In this document: positions 57,363 to 64,000 of the stretch, piece after piece
Numbering within the stretch: the first letter of the stretch is position 1
How the letters are laid out: every line of letters begins with the position of its first letter
Source of the DNA: Nannocystis bainbridge
Lineage (GTDB): Bacteria; Myxococcota_A; Polyangia; Nannocystales; Nannocystaceae
Assembly: GCF_028368995.1 (NCBI RefSeq)
Contig: NZ_JAQNDL010000004.1
Coordinates: 64,001 to 128,000 of the forward strand
Direction of reading: 5' to 3'
DNA length: 64,000 nucleotides
Translations under genes and position numbers: made by a program
The notes under the pieces: generated by a model
Database searches by the model: none
What the model saw: the letters and a program-made list of their open reading frames with translations, nothing else
What the model was told of the DNA's origin: nothing

Positions 57363-58169
57363 ATGAGCGACAAAGGCAGCACGTACCTCGACAAGATCCT
57401 GGCCGCCAAGCGGGCCGAGCTCGCCGCCCCCCGGGCGACCCGCTCGGGGGCGCTGACCGACCGCGAGCTGCTCGAGCTCGGGGCCCGGCTGCCGCGCCCG
57501 CGCGACTTCATCGGCGCGCTGCGCGAGGGCCCGCGACCGGGCATCATCGCCGAGTTCAAGCGCGCGTCGCCGAGCGCGGGGGCGCTGCGCGAGGGCGCCG
57601 ACGCGCGCCAGATCGCGATGCTCTACGCGGCGGGCGGCGCGGCGTGCATGAGCGTGCTGACCGACAAGCACTTCCAGGGCTCGCTCGACGATCTCCGGTC
57701 GGTGCGCCAGAGCGTGTCGCTGCCGCTGCTGTGCAAGGACTTCATCCTCGAGAAGACGCAGATCGTCGAGGCCAAGCGGGTCGGGGCCGACTGCGTGCTG
57801 CTGATCGTGGCCGCCCTGCCGGTGCCGCAGCTGCGCCAGCTGATCGAGTTCGCCCACACGCTCGAGCTGCAGGTGCTGTGCGAGACCCGCGACGAGGCGG
57901 AGATCGATCGCGCGATGGCGGCCGGGGCCAAGCTGATCGGGGTCAACTCGCGCGACCTGCAGACGTTCGAGCTCGACCCGGACCGCGCGGCCAAGCTGCG
58001 CAAGTACGTGCCCAAGAGCTTCACGTACGTGGCCGAGAGCGGGGTGCGCAGCATCGACGACGCGCTCCGCCTGCGCGACTCGGGCGCCGACGCGCTGCTG
58101 ATCGGCAGCTACTTCATGACAGCCGAGGAGCCCGGCGAGGCGCTGCGCGAGCTGGTGATGGCGCTGTGA
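57363..58169 (+). CDS. trpC: indole-3-glycerol phosphate synthase
   Basis: IIAEFKRASPS and GINSRDL. Confidence 0.9.
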   Translation: MSDKGSTYLDKILAAKRAELAAPRATRSGALTDRELLELGARLPRPRDFIGALREGPRPGIIAEFKRASPSAGALREGADARQIAMLYAAGGAACMSVLTDKHFQGSLDDLRSVRQSVSLPLLCKDFILEKTQIVEAKRVGADCVLLIVAALPVPQLRQLIEFAHTLELQVLCETRDEAEIDRAMAAGAKLIGVNSRDLQTFELDPDRAAKLRKYVPKSFTYVAESGVRSIDDALRLRDSGADALLIGSYFMTAEEPGEALRELVMAL

Positions 58170-58233
58170 GGCTGGCGCTGGGGACATGTTCGCAAGGACA
58201 GGCCCTGCGGGACAGGTCGGTGCCGGCGTGGCG

Positions 58234-58860
58234 GTGAAGCTCAAGGTGTGCGGGGTGACCCGCGCCGAGGACCTGGCCGCCTGCGTCGAGCTGGGGGTCG
58301 ACGCGGTCGGGATCAACCTGTGGAGTGGGTCGCGCCGCGGGCTGACGCTGGCCGAGGCGCAGGCGCTGCTGCAGGCGGTCGATCCGCCGCGCTCGCTCGA
58401 GCGGGTCGGGGTGTTCGTCGAGCCGACCGCGGAGGAGGTGCGCCGCGCGGCCGAGACGCTGGCGCTCGACCTCGTGCAGATCGTCGGAGCGCAGGAGGTC
58501 GCAGGCTTCGGGCTGCCGTACCTGTGGGTGGTCCGCGGGACGCCAGCGCTGGCAGAGCTGCTGCCGCCGTCACCAGGCCCGGCGCGGGCGCTGCTCGACG
58601 CCGCGGTGCCGGGGTACGGGGGCGCGGGCCAGACGACCGACTGGGGCTGGGCCGCGGCGGCGGTGCAGCAACTGGCAGGGCTCGAGGTGTGGCTAGCGGG
58701 CGGGATCACGGCCGAGAACGCGGCGCAGGCGATCGCGCAGGTCCGCCCGGCGGGGCTCGATGTGGCCAGCGGGACGGAGCTGCCAGGAGCCCGCCGCGGT
58801 GAGAAGGACCGCGTCGCCATCGCGGCGCTGCTGGCAGCCTGTCGCGGCGAGACGGGCTGA
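58234..58860 (+). CDS. trpF: phosphoribosylanthranilate isomerase
   Basis: VKLKVCGVT...DAVGINL. Start is uncertain: GTG 58234, GTG 58228 or ATG 58186. The upstream ATG lies in a repeat cluster. Confidence 0.75.
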   Translation: MKLKVCGVTRAEDLAACVELGVDAVGINLWSGSRRGLTLAEAQALLQAVDPPRSLERVGVFVEPTAEEVRRAAETLALDLVQIVGAQEVAGFGLPYLWVVRGTPALAELLPPSPGPARALLDAAVPGYGGAGQTTDWGWAAAAVQQLAGLEVWLAGGITAENAAQAIAQVRPAGLDVASGTELPGARRGEKDRVAIAALLAACRGETG

Positions 58861-58865
58861 GCGCT

Positions 58866-58990
58866 GGACATTCTTTAAAAAGGGGCATGCCCGAAAGGGA
58901 ATGTCTGAATGAGCATGTCTGAAAGGGAATGTCTGAAAGGGCATGTCTGAAAGGGCATGCTCGTCTGCACATGTCCGGATGGGCATGAGG
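58866..58990. repeat. tandem array of GGRATGTCTGAAAG units, 14-bp period, 6-7 units
   Basis: ggggcatgcccgaaag ggaatgtctgaatg agcatgtctgaaag ggaatgtctgaaag ggcatgtctgaaag ggcatgctcgtctgcacatgtccggatgggcatgagg, located after trpF. Confidence 0.85.
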
Positions 58991-59243
58991 TTTGAACTGG
59001 GCGAGGGTCGGTCGTGGCGCGAGGCGAGTGGCGAGGTGCGATCGCGCGATGTGAACCACGAGCGAGGCGCCGAGTGCCGAGCGCCGAGGTGCGGTCGCGC
59101 GACATGAGCGGCGCGGGCGAGCGAAGGAGCCGCGAGCGAGGGGCGGGCTGCCGTTGTTCGAGGCGCCACGAGTCGATTGCAGGCGCGCTCGGCGGTCTGG
59201 GCCGCGCGAGACGGGCGGCGGGGGCTCGGGCTATGATCGGCGG

Positions 59244-60479
59244 GTGACGAGCTTCTCGCGACCGATCGCGGCGGCGGCTCCGTGGGCGGAGTCGATGTTC
59301 TCGTTCGGGGTCACCGGCACCAACGGCAAGACCTCGACGACGTGGATGATCGCGGCGGCGGTGCGCGCGGCCGGGCTGTCGGTGCTGCGGGTGTCGACGC
59401 TCGGGGTGGCGTTCGACGACGAGGCGTGGCCGCGCGGCAAGCGGTTCGCCGACTTCGTCGCCACGCTCGAGCGGGCGGCCGCGCGCGGGGCGAGGCACGC
59501 GGCGATCGAGACGACCAGCCACGCGCTGGCGCAGGGCTACGCACGCAGCTGGCGGTTCGACCTCGGGGTGTTCACCAACCTGTCGGTCGACCATTTCGGC
59601 ACGCACGGCAGCTGGGAGCACTATCTGGCGGCCAAGGCCCAGCTGTTCATGCACCTGGGCCCGGGGCACACGGCCGTGCTCAACGCGGCCGACAAGCACG
59701 CGCTGTTCATCGACCAGGCGATCCCCGCCGATGTCGAGCGACGGTGGTTCGCGGCGCCGGGCCGCGGGCCGCGGCTGCGCGCGGCGGACCTCGAGGCGGA
59801 GGCGATCGAGGTCGGGCCGACGGGGACGCGGGTGACGCTGCGGCCGTCGCCCGTGGCGGCGGCGCTCGGCGGGCAGCTGACGACGCGCATGGTCGGCGAG
59901 GTGTTCGCCGAGAACGCGCTGGCGGCAGCGCTCGCGGGGCTGTCGGCGGGGCTGCCGGGCGAAGCGGTGGCGCGCGGGATCGCGGCGTGCCCGGTGGTGC
60001 CGGGAAGGTTCGAGGTGCTGGCGCATGGCGAGGGCCGGCCGACGATCGCCGTCGACTACGCGCACTCGCCCGACGCGCTGACGCATACGTGCGCGACGGC
60101 GCGGCGGCTGGCAGGGCCGCAGGGGCGCGTGCTGGTGGTGTTCGGCGCCGGCGGCAACGCGACGCCGGAGAAGCGCGCGCCGATGGGCGCTGCCGTGGCC
60201 GCGCTGGCCGACGTGGCAGTGGTGACGAGCGACAACCCGCGCGACGAGGCGCCGGAGGCGATCGCGGCGGCGGTGGTGGAAGGCTTGCGCGGGGGCCGAG
60301 CGACGTGGACGACGGAGCTCGATCGCGGGCGGGCGATCGCGGCGGCGATCGCCGGGGCGCGGGCGGGCGACGTGGTGGTGATCGCCGGCAAGGGACACGA
60401 GGAGGGGCAGACGGCCGGCGGACAGACGCGGCCGTTCTCCGACGTGGCCGAGGTGCGGCGGCTCGTCGGCGACGCGTAG
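59244..60479 (+). CDS. Mur ligase family protein (MurE-like, lacking N-terminal domain)
   Basis: GVTGTNGKTSTT P-loop within 25 aa of the start, then DVAVVTSDNPRDE and VIAGKGHEEGQ, typical of MurE/MurF. Start at GTG 59244 or ATG 59295. Confidence 0.65.
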   Translation: MTSFSRPIAAAAPWAESMFSFGVTGTNGKTSTTWMIAAAVRAAGLSVLRVSTLGVAFDDEAWPRGKRFADFVATLERAAARGARHAAIETTSHALAQGYARSWRFDLGVFTNLSVDHFGTHGSWEHYLAAKAQLFMHLGPGHTAVLNAADKHALFIDQAIPADVERRWFAAPGRGPRLRAADLEAEAIEVGPTGTRVTLRPSPVAAALGGQLTTRMVGEVFAENALAAALAGLSAGLPGEAVARGIAACPVVPGRFEVLAHGEGRPTIAVDYAHSPDALTHTCATARRLAGPQGRVLVVFGAGGNATPEKRAPMGAAVAALADVAVVTSDNPRDEAPEAIAAAVVEGLRGGRATWTTELDRGRAIAAAIAGARAGDVVVIAGKGHEEGQTAGGQTRPFSDVAEVRRLVGDA

Positions 60480-60619
60480 AGCCCAGGGCCGCGGTGGCAG
60501 GGTGAGCGGAGGCGGCGGGACGCGAGCGGCACGGATGGGGCAGGTCCCCGGCACTGGTGACGCGGAGGACGCCGGCGGGCGACAGGCGCAGGGCTGCGGA
60601 ACAGATCGGACCGGCCGCG

Positions 60620-60716
60620 CGGGACATTTTCGAGAGGACATGTCCGCGAACTAGTCATAAAGGACATGCTCGAGAGGACATGCTTTTACGAGCATGTCCT
60701 CTCGAGCATGTCCGAA
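60620..60716. repeat. GGACATGTCC-family cluster containing a 16-bp-stem perfect hairpin
   Basis: gggacattttcgagaggacatgtccgcg ... ctcgagaggacatgc-ttttac-gagcatgtcctctcgag-catgtccgaaactg, in the convergent junction between the Mur ligase and the LDLa lipoprotein genes. Confidence 0.8.
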
Positions 60717-60728
60717 ACTGAAAAGAGG

Positions 60729-61346
60729 TCAGCAGTCGAGCTCGTCGGAGCCGTCGGGGCAGTCCGGGGCCATGTCGCACTTCCAGGACGCCTGGATCTC
60801 GGTGCCGTCGGTGCAGGTGAAGGCCTCGAGGCCGCAGCCGGTGACCTCGTCGGAGCCGTCGGCGCAGTCGGGGACCTCGTCACAGGCCCACGCCTCGGGG
60901 ATCTCCTTCTTGTTGTCGCCGGTGCAGGTGAAGGCCGCGAGGCCGCAGCCGCTGACCTCGTCGGAGGCGTCGGGGCAGTCGGGGTTCTCGTCGCAGACCC
61001 AGGCGGGGTTCTCGAGCAGGGTGCCGTCGCTGCAGACGAAGCCCTCGCCAGTGGTGCCGGCGGTCGCGTCGGTGGAGGAGTCGGTCGCCTCGCTGGTGCT
61101 GGTCGGCGCGTCGGTGGTGGTCGGCGCGCTGGTGCCCGAGTCCGTGCCGGTCGAGTCGTCCGTATCGGCGCTGGTGCCGGTGGTCGCTTCGTCGGTGGTG
61201 CCGGAGGTGCTCGTGGTCGTGCTGGTCTGCGGGCCGATGTTGGTATCGGTGAATCCGTCACCGAGGTTGATCGTGCACCCGGCTGTCGCGAGGCCCTGGC
61301 TCATGAGGGCGGCGACGGACAAAAATTTGGCGAGGTCGATGTTCAT
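60729..61346 (-). CDS. lipoprotein with three LDL-receptor class A-like repeats
   Basis: Lipobox ATAGC, a Thr/Ser-rich linker, then three copies of C.DG..I...W.CD...DC.DGSDE..C. Confidence 0.65.
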   Translation of the reverse strand: MNIDLAKFLSVAALMSQGLATAGCTINLGDGFTDTNIGPQTSTTTSTSGTTDEATTGTSADTDDSTGTDSGTSAPTTTDAPTSTSEATDSSTDATAGTTGEGFVCSDGTLLENPAWVCDENPDCPDASDEVSGCGLAAFTCTGDNKKEIPEAWACDEVPDCADGSDEVTGCGLEAFTCTDGTEIQASWKCDMAPDCPDGSDELDC

Positions 61347-61424
61347 CGTGGCGGGGAATGTGCCACGGGCCGGCGCGCAGGGGCGCGCGCGGCCCACGAG
61401 CACACGCCCGCACGCGCGCGCGAT

Positions 61425-61925
61425 TCAGGCCGGTACGAGGCGGACGGTGACCTCTGCGCTCGGATCGAACGGCGAGCCCTTGACGTCGGCGATGCACTTG
61501 ACGACGAGCCGCACGCCCGGGTCGCGCGTGGCAGCGTTGGGGTCGGGGAAGCCGTTGCTCGCGAGGATCTTGGCGAGGTCGACGTCGCTCACCAGCCACG
61601 GCTGGGTGATGACCTGGCCAGGCTTGAGGTCGCACGGCATCTTGAGGCAGCCGTCCGAGTAGCTGACCTTCGGATCGGGATCCTTCTCGGCGACGGCGAG
61701 GAAGGGCGACTCGACGTCGTCCTTCTTGATGTACAGCCACACCTCGTATTTGGTCGCCAGCAGGGTGCAGTCCTGCTGGGCGGTGATCACCATCGTGCCC
61801 TTGAGCACCGAGTCGGTGACCGGGAAGGTGGCGGTCGCCGCGGGTTGACGCTCGATGACGGTGATGGCGACGCTCGCCATGTTCTTGCCGCCGAGGAACT
61901 GCTTGGCCTTGTCGAAGAATCCCAT
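61425..61925 (-). CDS. hypothetical protein
   Basis: Starts MGFFDKAKQFLGG. Lower GC than its surroundings. No confident domain. Confidence 0.45.
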   Translation of the reverse strand: MGFFDKAKQFLGGKNMASVAITVIERQPAATATFPVTDSVLKGTMVITAQQDCTLLATKYEVWLYIKKDDVESPFLAVAEKDPDPKVSYSDGCLKMPCDLKPGQVITQPWLVSDVDLAKILASNGFPDPNAATRDPGVRLVVKCIADVKGSPFDPSAEVTVRLVPA

Positions 61926-61999
61926 GGCGCCGAGAGGTACCACGCGGGACGATTCCGCGCCGCGGCCAGGCAGCGCGCTTCGCCGCGGTCACGCGCCGC

Positions 62000-63088
62000 T
62001 CAGCCGAGGGCCACGCGGATCGGCGGGGCGTAGGCGGGCGATCGGTCGCGGACGTCAGCGCCGTGCAGGAAGCCCTGGTAGCGGTCGCCGAACATCGTGT
62101 AAGGGGCGAGCACCGCCGGTGCGCTGGCCTCGTCGAGCCGCTGCAGGAGCGCGGCGGGGATCTGGAGATCGAGGGCGCCGAGGTTGTCGTCGAGCTGCTC
62201 GGGCCGGGTGGCGCCGACGATCACCGAGGTGACGCCGGGTCGCGTGAGCAGCCACTGCAGCGCGACCTGGGCCATGCTGCGCCCGAGCTCGGCGGCGACG
62301 CCCTCGAGCGCCGAGACGATCCGCCACTCGCGTTCGCCGACGCCCTCGACGGTCGGGCCGACGCCGGAGGTGAGCCGGCCGGTAGCGGTTTGGCCGGTGG
62401 AGGGGCGGTACTTGCCCGAGAGCAGGCCGCTGGCGAGCGGACTCCAGGCGGTGATGCCCATGCCGAGGTTGGTAGCGAGGCCGGAGAACTCGGCCTCGAT
62501 GCCGCGCTCGATCAGCGAGTACTGCAGCTGCAGGTTGACGAAGGGCGTCAGGGCGTGCGCCTCGGCGAAGGTCTGCGCCCGCGCGGCGTACCAGGCGGGC
62601 ACGTCGGAGAGGCCGGCGTAGCGGATCTTGCCGGCGCGCACGAGGTCGTCGAAGGTGCGCACGACCTCCTCGGCGGGGGTGATCCGGTCCCAGGTGTGCA
62701 GCAAGTAGAGGTCGAGGTAGTCGGTGCCGAGCCGCCGCAGCGAGGCCTCGACGGCGCGGATCATGTTCTTGCGCCCGTTGCCGCCGGCGTTGGGATCGCG
62801 CTCGGCGAGGTTGTAGCTGTACTTGCTGGTGAGCACGAGGCGGTCGCGGCCGGACTCGGCGATGAACTCGCCGAGCAGCGACTCGCTGGTGCCGCGGGTG
62901 TAGAGGTCGGCGGTGTCGATGAAGTTGCCGCCGGCGCCGACGTAGCGGTCGAACACGGCGCGCGCGGCCTGCTTGTTGGAGCCCCATGCGCCGTGCGTGC
63001 CGTCGGTGCCGAAGGTCAAGGTGCCGAGCGCGAAGGGGCTGACGCGCAGGCCGGAGCGGCCGAGCAGATAGTATCGATCGAGAGACAT
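62000..63088 (-). CDS. aldo/keto reductase
   Basis: AKR motifs (IDTADLY, LHTWD). Start ATG 63088, preceded by CAGGAG. Confidence 0.85.
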   Translation of the reverse strand: MSLDRYYLLGRSGLRVSPFALGTLTFGTDGTHGAWGSNKQAARAVFDRYVGAGGNFIDTADLYTRGTSESLLGEFIAESGRDRLVLTSKYSYNLAERDPNAGGNGRKNMIRAVEASLRRLGTDYLDLYLLHTWDRITPAEEVVRTFDDLVRAGKIRYAGLSDVPAWYAARAQTFAEAHALTPFVNLQLQYSLIERGIEAEFSGLATNLGMGITAWSPLASGLLSGKYRPSTGQTATGRLTSGVGPTVEGVGEREWRIVSALEGVAAELGRSMAQVALQWLLTRPGVTSVIVGATRPEQLDDNLGALDLQIPAALLQRLDEASAPAVLAPYTMFGDRYQGFLHGADVRDRSPAYAPPIRVALG

Positions 63089-63140
63089 GACGAAGGACTC
63101 CTGACGACGACGGCCATGAAGGTCGTCGCGGGCTTGCATG

Positions 63141-63410
63141 CGGATGGAAGGACGACCGCGCAGGTGCGGGCGTCGCAGGTTGCTGACGAGGCGAGGATGA
63201 CGACGGCCGCGTAGGGGCGGACGTCGCGGGTTGATTTGAGTCGTGGATGACGACGGCCGCGTAAGTGCGGAAGTCGTAGCGGGGACGGCCGCGAAGTCGC
63301 GGACGCCTGGTGCTGTCAGAAGGGTGGACGACGACGGCCGCGCAGGTGCGGCTGTCGCGGGATGCTATGGGCCGCGCACGACCGCGAAGTTGCGGCGCGT
63401 CGGCGGGGAA
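63141..63410. repeat. imperfect about 52-bp tandem repeat, 4-5 copies
   Basis: Unit GGATGACGACGGCCGCGTAGGTGCGG..GTCGCGGGTTG recurs at about 63141, 63193, 63244 and 63322, with a degenerate copy near 63376. It lies between the AKR start and the TetR stop. Confidence 0.6.
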
Positions 63411-63466
63411 GTCGTGGCCGGGGGCCGCGGACTGCGGGCGTCGAGGACGAGTTCAGGACTACGCAG

Positions 63467-64000
63467 TCAAGAACTGGCGGAGGGCGGTGTGGGCCGGAGG
63501 GCGGCGATGGCGAAGCCGGCGACGGCGCGCAGAGACTCCGGCGCGGCCCCGGTGCGGGCGCTGATCCGCAGGCCCTGCAGGGTGGTCAGGAGGAAGCGGC
63601 CGGCGTTGCGCTCGTCGACGTGCGGGCCGACCTCGCCGCGGCGCTTGGCCTCGGCGACCATGCGCTCGAAGGCGGCCTCGCACAGGGCGGTGCCGCTGCG
63701 CGCCAGCAGCACGACGTCGGGGTCCCGGCCGGCCATCTCGACGATCGACTGGATGCCCATGCAGCCGCGTGCGCGGCCCTCCGGGGCGTCCGCGGCCACG
63801 GCGAGCAGGATGTCCTCGATAGCGGCGAGCGGCGAGCTGACGGCGCGCAGCCGCTCGAGCAGGGCGGCGTTCTGGCGCGCCTGGTAGCGCTCGAGCGCGG
63901 CGAGGTAGAGGCCGTGCTTGTCGCCGAAGGCGGCGTACATGCTCTGACGACCGATGCCCATGGCCTGGAGCAGCTGCTCGGTCGAGGTGGCCTCGTAGCC
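63467..64000 (-). CDS. TetR family transcriptional regulator (C-terminal part; the N-terminus lies beyond the window end)
   Basis: TetR_C-like ligand-binding domain. The ORF is open to the window end. Confidence 0.55.
   Translation of the reverse strand, partial: GYEATSTEQLLQAMGIGRQSMYAAFGDKHGLYLAALERYQARQNAALLERLRAVSSPLAAIEDILLAVAADAPEGRARGCMGIQSIVEMAGRDPDVVLLARSGTALCEAAFERMVAEAKRRGEVGPHVDERNAGRFLLTTLQGLRISARTGAAPESLRAVAGFAIAALRPTPPSASS

Overview
This is a high-GC (about 70%) chromosomal segment that looks myxobacterial (Myxococcota-like). Signals for that: several eukaryote-like Ser/Thr kinases, a sigma-54 activator, the futalosine menaquinone genes mqnB/mqnD, a protease with a MYXO-CTERM tail, Myxococcus-type cysteine-rich repeats and a fatty acyl-CoA reductase.

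About 56 protein genes are supported and no rRNA or tRNA genes are visible. Many long ORFs in the track are antisense artefacts of GC-rich DNA and were discarded.

Gene content from left to right:
- 1-8007, minus strand: a lipid locus with a truncated acyl-CoA ligase, ACP, enoyl-CoA hydratase, an AMP-ligase, a pyruvyl-transferase-like protein, two NAD-dependent acyl reductases and a HAD hydrolase. It resembles a disaggregated Elb-type ether-lipid or fatty-alcohol locus.
- 8.2-9.8 kb: mqnB and mqnD.
- 9.9-20.4 kb: a lone ABC ATPase, a YgiQ radical-SAM gene, a secreted protease, an EEP nuclease, a flotillin-like gene, a sigma-54 activator (EBP) and a Cys-rich lipoprotein.
- 21.1-21.6 kb: a degenerate ParE-like toxin and antitoxin remnant next to ung and pepA.
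- 23.9-34.7 kb: two Ser/Thr kinases, a long acyl-CoA dehydrogenase, rluE and mtaB.
- 36.1-39.2 kb: an HcnABC- or SoxAB-like three-gene oxidoreductase operon, then yggS and maf.
- 44.1-48.5 kb: a compact KS, CLF-like, hotdog dehydratase, FabG and flavin-halogenase cluster with no ACP or acyltransferase (AT). It looks like an aryl-polyene or xanthomonadin-type halogenated polyene-lipid system.
- Further right: glyA, a large TPR Ser/Thr kinase, trpEGDCF without trpBA, a MurE-like ligase without its N-terminal domain, an LDL-receptor-A-repeat lipoprotein, an aldo-keto reductase and a TetR regulator.

The most striking feature that is not a gene is a pervasive family of short palindromic repeats with core (G)GRCATGTCC. 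They sit as clusters and 14-15 bp tandem arrays at convergent gene ends. One copy appears inserted in-frame into the CLF-like KS gene, and one sits next to a 47-bp duplication of a gene's 3' end. Several unrelated 38-60 bp tandem repeats are also present.
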